Below, in pieces: positions 29,284-46,961 of a DNA stretch of 64,000 nucleotides. The notes below the pieces were generated by a model. That model saw nothing but the letters and a program-made list of their open reading frames with translations, did not search any database and had not been told where the DNA came from. Numbering within the stretch: the first letter of the stretch is position 1; the number at the start of each line of letters is the position of its first letter. Both the position numbers and the translations under genes were made by a program. Source of the stretch: the human T2T-CHM13v2.0 reference genome, Homo sapiens; assembly GCF_009914755.1 (NCBI RefSeq), contig NC_060940.1; one strand, written 5' to 3'.

Positions 29284-29751
29284 GTTAGACAAAATAACTC
29301 AAAGATTTTGTATCAGGCCTTTCCCACCAGAAAATCTTCCTTGGCCACAAACTTTAAGTCTTAGGATTCTAAATGTACAACTTTGGGCCACTTTGTGGTC
29401 TAATATTGAACAATGTGGCTGTACCTGTTGATCTTAACCACTATGAAGGGAAGGATCAAGAAGAGACTTCCGAGAACTAAAAATTATTGTGTATAAGTCA
29501 ACAGGAGAGGGAAGAGAAAAATTAGCCACCATAAGGCAAGAGTAGGATGGGGGAAAGCAGTTCCAGTGATGTGGGTCATGCTCCACAGGGATGAGGGCTC
29601 ATAGGTAAGAAGAAAGCACATTCAGAATGTCACCTAGTATAACTTAGTCCAATGGACTAATGCCAGAGTTGAATAGTAAGATCTTCCCCATATTTAAACC
29701 AAAAAAGCCACTGCCCCTCTGGCCAAGTGTGAAGTCTTACTGCATACCGGC

Positions 29752-30604
<853 letters not shown>

Positions 30605-30630
30605 CCAACCACACTGATATTTCTATGAAG

Positions 30631-30721
30631 CTAAAGACAAATGTGTTCTACTACCAAAGTTATTGAGACTTCAATCTCTGGAAATCTCAGTAACCTGGTA
30701 GTAGAACACATTTGTCTTTAG
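30631..30721. repeat. Inverted repeat with perfect 26-bp arms
   Basis: CTAAAGACAAATGTGTTCTACTACCA (30631-30656) and its exact reverse complement (30696-30721). Confidence 0.97.
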
Positions 30722-30749
30722 ACTGAGATTGATCAAAGGGAATTAACAG

Positions 30750-30970
30750 ACATCATCATCACCCTATTTACTAGATGCACAATACTTTCCATTTGTTATC
30801 TCATGTCATTCTTGCAGTCAACTTAGGAGACAACTATTATTATCCCCCTTGACAAATGATGGGACTGAGGTCTAGAGAGCGTGAGTCTCCTTGCCAAGGC
30901 AACACAGTCAGGGGGTGGAGAAACACAGATTCAAAAACAGTCTGACACTAAAGCGTTAATTTTACCACTA
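30750..30970 (-). mobile_element. MIR
   Basis: TATTATCCCCCTTGACAAATGATGGGACTGAGGTCTAGAGAG. Confidence 0.7.
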
Positions 30971-31249
30971 ATCTGTGGACAGTTTTAGCCCCAAGACAGA
31001 AGACATGGAAGCAGAGATAAATCTGTAAAATGTTATACTCAGGGAATTCTATCAGAGAACTCTGTCCTGTGACCTCTGATTTCCAGAGTCATAAAATCAG
31101 CTGTTGTTCTTCCCCATGGACCAGCACAGAGGTCTCTCCTGCTTTGAGGAATGTGGTCGGCAGCACACTGAGGAGGTATATGGATTAGGTACCATCTCTG
31201 ATGGAATTTCTAAAGGGGCACTGGAATCAGAAAACCCCAGTCTTTCAAA

Positions 31250-31460
31250 GAACTGATCCTTAACCTTCTCAGCATCTCTGCAACTTAGCTATGCCTATGA
31301 CCTGTTGGGTGGCCTTAAGCAAACCACAAACCCTCTAAGCCTCAGAGTTCTCAGCTGTAAACTGGGAATTACCCCTACCCCTCAGGACTGTTATGACAAC
31401 TTGAGATAATGTATCAAAGTGCACAGCGTGGTGCTGGCACACAGAGGCACTTGAACCTGG
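31250..31460 (+). mobile_element. MIR
   Basis: CCTCTAAGCCTCAGAGTTCTCAGCTGTAAACTGGGAAT...GTGCTGGCACACAG. Confidence 0.65.
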
Positions 31461-32779
31461 TAGCCTACCTAGGACCTGTGTCTGCCCTGAATAGTCTGAG
31501 GTATGAGGAAGCTAGATTGTGAAGTTTACACTTAGCCTGTGTCTAAACATTTGCCTGGAAATTTGCAGCCATGCTGAACACATGCATCCCTCCTGCAGCC
31601 TACAGCAGACATATGATAGAAAGGAGACGGTCGTCAGGGTGCTGGGCTCAGTGGGAAGTCAAAGATGCTGTAGTGTGAAATGCACTTACATGGGCTGACC
31701 TTTGTAAAGGCACCACTCACATGCTCCTGAGATTCCCATATAGCCTAACAGCATGTTAGAACGGTCACAACCCAAAGACTCCATGTCTGATCATTTCTGA
31801 TGCTTGGCAGCCCATTCCAAAGGCATCTCCCCCTCTACATTTGCCTTTGAGTACAGTTGAGGCACTGCCTTCCCAAAGGACCCCATTCCTGTCCCTTCCT
31901 GCAATCTTCAGTCACATAGAAAGACATCTCCCCTGGCATCATCAGTGTCCAGTACAATAAAAAGTCACCAGAATCGTCAAGCTGGATCCAATGCCAGCCC
32001 AGGTGAGATTTTTCCTTCCTGTGTGTGGCCTTCTGGCATCTGTTTTCTCTTTGAAGCTCTTTTCTCTTCCTGGGATGAGAACCCAGAATTGGGGCTCTGA
32101 TCTCCATTCACCAAATCATCCCAGGCTGAAGCTTTCTTCTCTAGATGCCCAGGAAAGGCACGATAGTTCAGTCATATTAGGTTCCTGCCAGCTAAGAAGC
32201 CTAAGTTTCAAAGAAAAAGGCACCATTCATCCCAAATTCACCATGGTCTGACTTTTGTAAAGGTCCTAAAATACAATTAGTTACACAATTGCATCTTAAC
32301 TTAGAATTTTCCACTTGGTGGCTTTTCTCAGGTTGACTGTCATTGAAAAGCTGCTTTTGCTTTTTTTTTTTAAATTTAAACCTAAAGAACACTATAATGC
32401 TTTACTCTTAGTTGCTAATGTCCAGATGAGTTCTGCTCGGCATAGATACTGAAGGTTCCCCAGTAGAAAGGAATCGTTCTCATCATTTACTGTAAAGTGT
32501 GTGCCTGGCAGTTGTAACTGAGTGCAATTTGAAAAGAAATCAAATGTTTGGATGAAAGTGACACAATGATGTGGCATGAGGCATAATCCATACATTTCTA
32601 ACAGATGCCAGAAGAAGCCCCAGCTGGAAGTCATGTCACTTTTAGATACTGAGAGCAACAAGTCATTAATTTGTATTCCTTAAATAACTTATTAAGGCTA
32701 CATGTGCAAGCTCTTATACAAAACCCAGAGCCAGGGATAAGTAAATGAGTGAATGAGTTCAATCATCCAAGCCTTAGTT

Positions 32780-33150
32780 CATGCATTTATTCATTCAGCA
32801 AATTTTCAGTGAGCAACTTACCATACGTCATGCACTGGGCTATATGCTAAGGATGTAACAGTAAGCACGTGGAAGCCGAATCCCTGCCCTTATGGAGCTT
32901 AGAGACCAGTGAAAGGGACAGACATTAATGATCTGATCATAAAAGCAAATAGGAAACTGTATTTGAGCCAAGGTCTACGACGTATATGAAGCTTTCAGTA
33001 TTTATAATGAGGAAATCTTACCAAATCCATGAGGTCAGGGAAAGCTTAAGTAGGCTAAGACCTTACACCAAAGTAGGAGTTAATTAGGCAGAGAGAAATA
33101 GGGGGAAGGAGTATGGCAGGCAGAGGAACTAAAAGATGGCCAGAGAGGCC
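32780..33150 (-). mobile_element. L2 fragment
   Basis: TTTATTCATTCAGCAAATTTTCAGTGAGC...TCCCTGCCCTTATGGAGCTTA. Confidence 0.65.
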
Positions 33151-33376
33151 ACAGTGGAGGGAAAAAAGAAAAGCCTGATTAGAGAGACAAGATAGAGACA
33201 CAATGCAATCCCTGGGCCCATCCATCCCTCAAGACAGCATCAATGACAGATGAAAGGCAACACAGCCAGACAGAATAAAGCAAGTGCTAAACAAAGGTTC
33301 AAACCAATGCAGGAACAGTGGCTGGAACCCCAAGAAAGGCTGCAAGAAGGAGGTCGACTCTGAACAGAATCTAGAA

Positions 33377-33597
33377 TAGGGGTTGACCAACTATGGCCCC
33401 CAGGCCAAATTGTGCCACTGCCTGTTTTTGTAAATAAAGCTGTACTGAAATACAGCCACGCCCATTCATTTACGCATTGTCTAGGGCTGCTTTGGCGCTA
33501 CAATGGCAGAATGGAGAGTTGCTACGGAGACCATCAGACCCGCAAAACTGAAAATATTCAGTATCTGGCCCTTTACACAAAAGTTTGCTGACTCCTA
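33377..33597. mobile_element. MER58A
   Basis: AGGGGTTGACCAACTATGGCCC...GCCTGTTTTTGTAAATAAAG...TCTGGCCCTTTACACAAAAGTTTGCTGACTCCT. Confidence 0.88.
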
Positions 33598-33899
33598 GTC
33601 TAAAAGGATAAGCAGGATTTGAAATCAATGGGACAAGAGAAAAAGTATGCCAGCGCCTCCTGCCTCTCACACCTGCAAGAAACAAACTTGAGCATGTCTT
33701 TCAGCGGACGCTCTGATGGCAAGAGTCATAGGAGGGAAAAGGTGCATGATAAACATTTTTAATGACATCTCAGAAATCACACTAAGCCAGATTTGTGCAT
33801 TTGGGCATATTTTGCTTCACGGAATAACTACACTCCAGGAAAGTTGATGGAACCTTGACATCTCAAGTTGATTCCCTTAAGGAATTATACAGGGGTGTG

Positions 33900-34142
33900 A
33901 CACAGAAAATAAACGAAAACGATGTGCTCAAATCAGTTAGAAAAACACTAAATAAACAAAGTTGAACCGGCTTCCCTACTGCAGGACTTACCAGAGCCTT
34001 TAATATCCTACTGTGCTTTGGAAATCTCCAGGAGAAAAAGTTATGTTGCGTGTCTCAAATTTATTTGATCACAGACTCCTTCTTTTCCAAAGTCATCTTA
34101 TCAGGACAGAGTTGCTTGAAGCATAGCGTGAGAAACACTGGT
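33900..34142. mobile_element. Old hAT-Charlie-type DNA transposon fragment (family uncertain)
   Basis: ACTGCAGGACTTACCAGAGCCTTTAATAT...AAATTTATTTGATCACAG...GAGAAACACTG terminus. Confidence 0.45.
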
Positions 34143-34462
34143 CTGAACTTTTTATAAAGCAAATGCCCTTTTCTTAATAATCTCCAAAACAATGTCAGAA
34201 ATGTGTTTTCTTTCCAAATAATTTCTTTTTTTTTTTTTTTAATGTTTTTTTTTTTTTATTATACTTTAAGTTTTAGGGTACATGTGCACATTGTGCAGGT
34301 TAGTTACATATGTATACATGTGCCATGCTGGTGCGCTGCACCCACTAACGTGTCATCTAGCATTAGGTATATCTCCCAATGCTATCCCTCCCCCCTCCCC
34401 CGACCCCACCACAGTCCCCAGAGTGTGATATTCCCCTTCCTGTGTCCATGTGATCTCATTGT

Positions 34463-38313
<3,851 letters not shown>

Positions 38314-38352
38314 TCATTAGTTGATGCAGTTTCTTCCTAGTCTCAATGGTCT

Positions 38353-39369
38353 TTACATTTTGGCATGATTTTGCAGCGGCTGGTACCGGTTGTCCCTTTC
38401 CATGTTTAGCGCTTCCTTCAGGAGCTCTTTTAGGGCAGGCCTGGTGGTGACAAAATCTCTCAGCATTTGCTTGTCTATAAAGTATTTTATTTCTCCTTCA
38501 CTTATGAAGCTTAGTTTGGCTGGATATGAAATTCTGGGTTGAAAATTCTTTTCTTTAAGAATGTTGAATATTGGCCCTCACTCTCTTCTGGCTTGTAGGG
38601 TTTCTGCCGAGAGATCCGCTGTTAGTCTGATGGGCTTTCCTTTGAGGGTAACCCGACCTTTCTCTCTGGCTGCCCTTAACATTTTTTCCTTCATTTCAAC
38701 TTTGGTGAATCTGACAATTATGTGTCTTGGAGTTGCTCTTCTCGAGGAGTATCTTTGTGGCGTTCTGTGTATTTCCTGAATCTGAACGTTGGCCTGCCTT
38801 GCTAGATTGGGGAAGTTCTCCTGGATAATATCCTGCAGAGTGTTTTCCAACTTGGTTCCATTCTCCACATCACTTTCAGGTACACCAATCAGACGTAGAT
38901 TTGGTCTTTTCACATAGTCCCATATTTCTTGGAGGCTTTGCTCATTTCTTTTTATTCTTTTTTCTCTAAACTTCCCTTCTCGCTTCATTTCATTCATTTC
39001 ATCTTCCATTGCTGATACCCTTTCTTCCAGTTGATCGCATCGGCTCCTGAGGCTTCTGCATTCTTCACGTAGTTCTCGAGCCTTGGTTTTCAGCTCCATC
39101 AGCTCCTTTAAGCACTTCTCTGTATTAGTTATTCTAGTTATACATTCTTCTAAATTTTTTTCAAAGTTTTCAACTTCTTTGCCTTTGGTTTGAATGTCCT
39201 CCCGTAGCTCAGAGTAATTTGATCGTCTGAAGCCTTCTTCTCTCAGCTCGTCAAAATCATTCTCCATCCAGCTTTGTTCCGTTGCTGGTGAGGAACTGCG
39301 TTCCTTTGGAGGAGGAGAGGCGCTCTGCGTTTTAGAGTTTCCAGTTTTTCTGTTCTGTTTTTTCCCCAT
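38353..39369 (-). pseudogene. L1 ORF1 (RNA-binding chaperone) with premature stop W264*
   Basis: MGKKQNRKTGNSK...LQARRE then TGA at 38578-38580 where the consensus has TGG. Native stop at 38353-38355 gives the expected 1017 bp. Confidence 0.97.
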
Positions 39370-40275
39370 CTTTGTGGTTTTATCTACTTTTGGTCTTTGA
39401 TGATGGTGATGTACAGATGGGTTTTCGGCGTAGATGTCCTTTCTGGTTGTTAGTTTTCCTTCTAACAGACAGGACCCTCAGCTGCAGGTCTGTTGGAATA
39501 CCCTGCCGTGTGAGGTGTCAGTGTGCCCCTGCTGGGGGGTGCCTCCCAGTTAGGCTGCTCGGGGGTCAGGGGTCAGGGACCCACTTGAGGAGGCAGTCTG
39601 CCCGTTCTCAGATCTCCAGCTGCGTGCTGGGAGAACCACTGCTCTCTTCAAAGCTGTCAGACAGGGACACTTAAGTCTGCAGAGGTTACTGCTGTCTTTT
39701 TGTTTGTCTGTGCCCTGCCCCCAGAGGTGGAGCCTACAGAGGCAGGCAGGCCTCCTTGAGCTGTGGTGGGCTCCACCCAGTTTGAGCTTCCCGGCTGCTT
39801 TGTTTACCTAAGCAAGCCTGGGCAATGGCGGGCGCCCCTCCCCCAGCCTCGTTGCCGCCTTGCAGTTTGATCTCAGACTGCTGTGCTAGCAATCAGCGAG
39901 ATTCCGTGGGTGTAGGACCCTCTGAGCCAGGTGTGGGATATAGTCTCGTGGTGCGCCGTTTTTTAAGCCGGTCTGAAAAGCGCAATATTCGGGTGGGAGT
40001 GACCCGATTTTCCAGGTGCGTCCGTCACCCCTTTCTTTGACTCGGAAAGGGAACTCCCTGACCCCTTGCGCTTCCCAGGTGAGGCAATGCCTCGCCCTGC
40101 TTCGGCTCGCGCACGGTGCGCACACACACTGGCCTGCGCCCACTGTCTGGCACTCCCTAGTGAGATGAACCCGGTACCTCAGATGGAAATGCAGAAATCA
40201 CCCGTCTTCTGCGTCGCTCACGCTGGGAGCTGTAGACCGGAGCTGTTCCTATTCGGCCATCTTGGCTCCTCCCCC
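39370..40275. promoter_or_regulatory. L1 5'UTR: internal sense promoter and antisense promoter, CpG-rich
   Basis: Complete 5'UTR; YY1 site (minus-strand CAAGATGGCCG) at 40254-40264; many CpGs retained at 39820-40260. Confidence 0.9.
39825..40040 (+). CDS. L1 ORF0, primate-specific antisense ORF of the L1 5'UTR, intact 71 aa
   Basis: MAGAPPPASLPPCSLISDCCASNQRDSVGVGPSEPGVGYSLVVRRFLSRSEKRNIRVGVTRFSRCVRHPFL with Kozak context GGGCAATGG; matches the known ORF0 peptide. Confidence 0.9.
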   Translation: MAGAPPPASLPPCSLISDCCASNQRDSVGVGPSEPGVGYSLVVRRFLSRSEKRNIRVGVTRFSRCVRHPFL

Positions 40276-41610
40276 TCCAAATAATTTCAAAACTGTCAGC
40301 AGAAGCAAGGGTTAACTGTGGCAAGCTAGAAACCTGTGGGTACATGGGACATGAAACCCCACCCCTCTTAACCTCTGATTCTTCCCACACAAACCCATTT
40401 GTGTGGATTTTGTGGAGGATTTTATTCCCATTTCCTGTGAAAATTCCCATATCTGAGATGCCCTGGCTCAGTATTTAGAGCTACTGGCATTTGCCTCTCT
40501 TCTCTTCTACAAATTGTCAACATCAACAAATTGCACTTGGATCAAAAATTCTAAATTCAAACCAGCAGTATATGAAAAATAAATGAGTATTTTTAACTTC
40601 TTGAATGAACTGTCTTATTGCATTCCAAATCCTGGATGCCAAATTTCTTTTAAATATTGCCAAAGATGCCGTTCCTCTGGTCATTCAATATGCAAATGAA
40701 CAGAAGCCAGCAAGTTCAAAATCTCGAAGAAATCAGTCACAGACAAGACAGCAAACTGTGCTCACTGTTCCCAAGTCCACCACATCAATTGCACAGAAGA
40801 AATGGATTTAGGTACCTGGCAGACCAGTTCACTAGCTCAAAGACTGACATTATCCTTAAGAATGCAGATGTTACATATTTCTCTTCCCCTTTAGACACAT
40901 TCAAAAGACCAAAGAGAAGGCCAATAACCATTTTCAAAAGCAACCATAAAAATCTACAAACATTCTAGAGCTTCTCCAGGCAGGCAACTCCCAGGGTATT
41001 CACAGCCCTGGAGAAATGGGCCAAATTTTCCATTCTCAAGGCTAAAGGGATTTGAAAAGGGCAACAGAAAAATCACATAATTGATGGCAAGCATCCCTGA
41101 AAGCAAAGTCCTCCTATTTCAGAGTCTGGTACTAACGTCCGGAAGCAGCAGGCCATGTGTCCACTCCGAGGTTGTCACACTTTGGCAGGGAATCCCTGCA
41201 GGGTCAGAGCAGCCCTGGGGGCTCTGATGAGAGGTGCTAAATAAGTTAGTGCTATCGTTTATTAGAGCATAAGAAACAGATGGGAATGGGCAAAATGACA
41301 GCTGGAAGAGTGAGGTTTCGGGAAGATGAGTATCTACAGCACTCAGAAATTCATCTACACGACGCCTATTAACATTCACGGGAATGGCTTTCTTAGCACC
41401 AGCTACAGATTCTGCAGCCTCTCACAGATTCATTCCTTGGCTTTTTCTCCATCACACAGACAGTTAATCTCATATCTAATTATAAAATAATTGGCAATCC
41501 CACAACTTTCTCTTGTAGAACTCTGCCACCAAGAATGATTATTTTCAACTCATTGGTCCTTGCATCCACAGGAGACTGGGAAGACACAAGAAGGAACTAA
41601 GAGGAGATAG

Positions 41611-42237
<627 letters not shown>

Positions 42238-42375
42238 TAAGAAACAGTACAAAGACCCGTTCCTTAAGACTAGGGATAGAAGACTGAAAAAAGCATAAGA
42301 CATAAAATTGATTTAAGAAACATCCCTTGATAACTAACTTTTAACAAAAGAAATTATTTTAAGCAAGATAGGCCC

Positions 42376-42548
42376 TTTTTAAGTTTTTTTATTTTTGTTT
42401 AAGAGACAGGGTCTCACTCTGTTGCCCAGGCTGGAGTCTAGAGTGCAATGATGCAATCATAGCTCACTGCGGACTTGAACTCCTGGGCTCAAGCAATCCT
42501 CCCCCCTCAGCCTCCCAAAATGCTGGGATTACAGGCATGAGCCACCAT
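42376..42548 (-). mobile_element. Monomeric Alu (FRAM-like, or AluJ collapsed between its arms)
   Basis: Single ~150-bp body: left-arm-type 5' part joined to a right-arm 3' part. Confidence 0.8.
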
Positions 42549-42944
42549 ATTCTTTTTAAAAGCCTTTTAAAGGTTTTATTCAGTGTTTTTTTCTTTACTA
42601 TTTGCTCACATGCTGGTATATGTTAAATATATATCTACACACACACACACCTTGAAAATCTGTCATTTTGTTGAGAAATATTACTAGATTTTTTTCTCAC
42701 AAATTATCTTCATCACAGTGGCTGATAAGTGTCAGAAATTTGGGGAGGATTTTGAAATCATGAGGCAGGCTATATGACAGTCAAATTTAGTATTTTGTTT
42801 TCTACATGAATGTCTATACCAGCCTTATACACAAAGAACATAACGGAACAGAAGTCATCCTGCCCAAGACTTTCAGAAGTTCTCAAAAATAGTTGTAGAT
42901 CAGTTTTACATAGGCTTCTAGCAATTATTTCAAAAATTTATTTA

Positions 42945-43208
42945 GCCTATAATCCCAGCACTTTGAGAGGCTGAGGCAGAAGGATTGCTCGAGGCCAGGA
43001 GTTCTAGACCAGCCCAGGCGACGTAGCAAGACCTCATCTCTACAAAAGATTTAAAAGTTAGCTGGTCATGGTAGTACACACCTGTAGTCTTACCTACTTG
43101 GGAGGCTGAGGCAAGAGGATTGCTTGAGCTCAGGAGTTTGAGGCTGCAGTGAGCCATGATCATACCACTCAAGTCTGGGCAGCACAGCTAGACCCCAGCT
43201 TAAAAAAA
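42945..43208 (+). mobile_element. AluJ, 5'-truncated
   Basis: Starts GCCTATAATCCCAGC; J-type GGATTGCTTGAGCTCAGGAGTTTGAGGCTGCAG. Confidence 0.9.
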
Positions 43209-43316
43209 TTATTTAGAATAAGTTATCAATTCCTTGCAAGATGGGAAAAGGAATATAAAGCACAGTTCCTGTCCTCAAGAAACTCACAGTCTTAATCAAC
43301 TGGGACATAAAATTTA

Positions 43317-43612
43317 AACCATCATTCTTCAGCAAACTAACACAAGAAAAGAAAACCAAACACCGCATGTTCTCACTCATAAGTGGGAGTTGAACAATGA
43401 GAACACACGGATACAGGGAGGAGAACATCACACACCAGGGCCTGTCGGGGGTTGGGGGGCAAGGGGAGGGATAGCATTAGGAGAAATACCTAATGTAGAT
43501 GATGGGTTGATGGGTGCAGCAAACCACCATGGCACGTGTATACCTATGTAACAAACCTGCACATTCTGCACATGTATCCCAGAACTGAAAGTATAATTTT
43601 AAAAAATTAAAA
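43317..43612 (+). mobile_element. L1PA (PA6/PA7-like) 5'-truncated 3' end
   Basis: CATGTTCTCACTCATAAGTGGGAGTTGAACAATGAG...GGAGAAATACCTAATGTAGATGATGGGTTGATGGG...GTATAAT. Confidence 0.92.
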
Positions 43613-43632
43613 CAAATACAAAGATAATAACT

Positions 43633-43709
43633 ACATCATACAATGTGGTACCCGACATATGGTAGGTATTGAGCACCCACCATATGTCGGGTACCACATT
43701 GTATGATGT
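43633..43709. repeat. Inverted repeat with perfect 31-bp arms and 15-nt spacer
   Basis: ACATCATACAATGTGGTACCCGACATATGGT (43633-43663) and its exact reverse complement (43679-43709). Confidence 0.98.
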
Positions 43710-44454
43710 GTGTGTGATTTTATGCATATATGTATATGTATGTGTATGTGTGTATATGTAATCTCAGTTGCTTCCCTCCAAAGTAAACGACAAGGGTGGT
43801 ATGTTTGAAAAAGGATGAAGAAATTAAGACTCAGAAAAATTAAATGAATTACACCATGAAGGGCTATATAGTCTATTGATGCACTAGAAAGGAGGAGGGA
43901 GACATTAGTGATGTGCTTGAGTCACTCAAGTTTCTCTGAAGACCTGGCCAAGGTGAGCCTCTACGAGTTAAAGGAAACTCAAGGTTGATTCTGGAATGTC
44001 TGGACTGACAGTTTCTCTGGTTCACTTCCTGTCCCAGGAAATCACTCTCTGGTCTTTTTCCATGAAACACATTTCTTCATCTCATGGTGTAATAGGGCTT
44101 AATAAATAACACCTTTGCATCTTGCAAGGAGAGAAGTGGTAAGAGCAACAGATGAAGGATCATTTCTTTACTCATGAAAAAGGTTAAGTTGTAGGATGTA
44201 GAGTAAACTGTCTGGTAAGTAAAGCCCAGAATGAGGTACAGATTTTCCTGCAGGGTCACAGCATATGAAGTGTTCTTGGAGGGATGGCAGGTCCCAAGAG
44301 AAAGAAGCACACAGCCAAGCCAAAACCTTGGTTATTCCTCCCAGATTTACTGATCAGTTAAATCTGCATCTGCCATGTCAGAGTTAGGCCAGGAATTAAA
44401 CTAGCAGATACTTCCTCACTTGGAAGGAAACATTAGTAGTGGGAAAGAAGTGTC

Positions 44455-44740
44455 AGCTGGGCGTGGTGGCTCACGCCTGTAATCCCAGCATTTTGGGAGG
44501 CCCAGGCGGGCAGATCATGAGGTCAAGAGATCAAGACCATCCTGGCCAACATGGTGAAACCCTGTCTCTACTAAAAATACAAAATTTAGCTGGGCATGGT
44601 GGCGCATGCCTGTAGTCCCAGCTACTCATGTCACTGAGGCAGGAGAACCGCTTGAATCCAAGAGGCGGAGGTTGCAGTGAGCCTACCAGCACCACGGCAT
44701 TCCAGCCTGGCGACAGTACGAGACTTCGTCTCAAAAAAAA
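44455..44740 (+). mobile_element. AluSc-like
   Basis: GGTCAAGAGATCAAGACCATCC, CCAGCCTGGCGACAG; TSD AAAGAAG(T/C)GTC. Confidence 0.93.
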
Positions 44741-45199
44741 AAGAAGCGTCTCCCCCCGTGGGGTCTGCCACATATACTCCATTTAACAGTGCACAAATGT
44801 GACCTAGGCAAGATTTTGCAGTGTTTGTAGAACAGGGAAGGACTTGAAGGAGGAGAGCGATGGAGGAAGGTGGCCCTCGGAAGTGACTGGAAAAGGTGTT
44901 CTGGTAGCAAAGGTGCCACTCTATGTTATGACTCCCCCAGCTACCAAAAACAAAGCAAACAAAAACAACATCTGAAGCAGCTTCTGCAGGGTTGGCGAGG
45001 CTATAAGACAAAGTACTCCCCAAAGAGGGTGCCTGTGAGATGGGGAAGTAAATTTAGCTAGAAGTTCCTCTGTCAGGTTTTTCTAAGAGACCTAGGATGG
45101 AAACTGAAAGAATCCAGACATGTCTCTCTCTAGCTTTGGGGTAGCGTGTTTTCTAAGCTAAAGAAGAGTTGATACCCTCCAGGTAGTCAAGAAAATTAT

Positions 45200-45300
45200 T
45201 TTTCTTTCCCCTTTTCCCACCGTCCCTCTTCTTTCCCCTTTCCCCACCTTTCCCCACCATCCCTCTTCTTTCGCCAACTTTCCTCCACCATCCCTCTTCT
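45200..45300. repeat. Pyrimidine-rich imperfect tandem repeat
   Basis: Recurrent CCACC(A/G)TCCCTCTTCT units. Confidence 0.75.
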
Positions 45301-45302
45301 GC

Positions 45303-45681
<379 letters not shown>

Positions 45682-46544
45682 TGAAGTAGTCAAGGGTGTT
45701 TTTCAGCCAGCCTAGCCTTTGACTAAATGTGCCGTACTCCCTGTTCTCTTACTACTTTTTCCACATCCTGGCTAGGAGCAAGGTATAATTCAAAAGGGCC
45801 ACAAAAGAAAATGGGCTCATGGAAATGAAAAGAATTATACTCACTTTGCATGGAAAGGAAAATGGAGGAAAACGGAATTGTATTTATTTCAAGTACATGA
45901 AAGCTTTCACTCGAGGATGAGAACAATGTTTTAAGCCAGAACAAGAGGGGAGAGATTTAAAATGTAGCACTAGGAACTTTCTTTCACTTTAAGTAGGTTG
46001 TCTTCAGTGTCCCCAGGTAAACTTAGGAGCATCTTCTCCACTGCTCCCATTCCACATTGAACCCAACTGCTGAAGAACAGTCATCTTATTTGATTGCATG
46101 TGTTTGTCTGCAAAGTCCACTACTACAGGAGACAGTAAGCAACTTGAGGATGGCATTTAACATAATGCCTACATCAGAAAAAAACTGAGTATTTATAGGC
46201 TGAATCAATTTAAAGTGAGATTCTTAAATACCGAAATGGGTTATTTAACATGTTCATTTTTTGTAGTGGTGGAGGGAAGGAAACTTTAAAAATGGGATAG
46301 ATTCAGGACTTGAGTCATTTCATAAACACGTAAGAATAACAATCCTCAAATGTAACTGAAGTAGTCATTAGAGCTATTGACAATGTTCTGTACACATTCT
46401 AGGCCATGAAGCAGGATCATATTGCCCCATCTACTCCAAAGAGACTGGCTTTAATCAACGAAATATGATCAGCATTAACTGGTCACATCCAAGCATTCAT
46501 GGCTCACCAATCTCTCTTTTCCTGCCTCTGGCATTGTTGATGCC

Positions 46545-46961
46545 TGCTGTGGTTTGGATGTGGTTTGTCTCTGCCAAAACTCACGATGAAACTTAATTGC
46601 CAATGTAATGTGGTTGGGAGTGGTGCCTTCCTTAGATGATTAGTTCGTTAAGCTAGATTAATGTCTCTCTTAGGACACTGGGTTAGTTCTTGAGTGAGTG
46701 GATTTGTTCCCTTGAGAGTGGGTTGTTATAAAGTGAGGTTGCCTCTCATCTTCTGCCTCCTTGGCAAGCCTGCCTCCCCTTCTACTTCTCTGCCATGTTA
46801 TAACGTGCAGCATGAGACCTTCACCAGAAGCTGAGCAGATGCTGATGCCATGGTTCTTGGACTTCCCAGTCTCCAGAATCATGAGCCAAATAAACTTATT
46901 TTCTTTAGAAATTACCTAGTCTCTGGTATTCTGCTACAGCAACACACAATAGAGTAAGACA
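46545..46961 (+). mobile_element. MST (MSTB-like) MaLR solo LTR
   Basis: TGCTGTGGTTTGGATGTGGTTTGTC start; GGACTTCCCAGTCTCCAGAATCATGAGCCAAATAAA; TAAGACA end. Confidence 0.88.

Noticed and set aside
34203-34225. L1 3' transduction
   Set aside because: The poly(A) abuts the TSD directly; only the 4-nt CATT interruption is present.
38578-38580. APOBEC3 editing as the cause of the TGG>TGA stop
   Set aside because: A single G>A change with no visible hypermutation cluster; cannot be supported.
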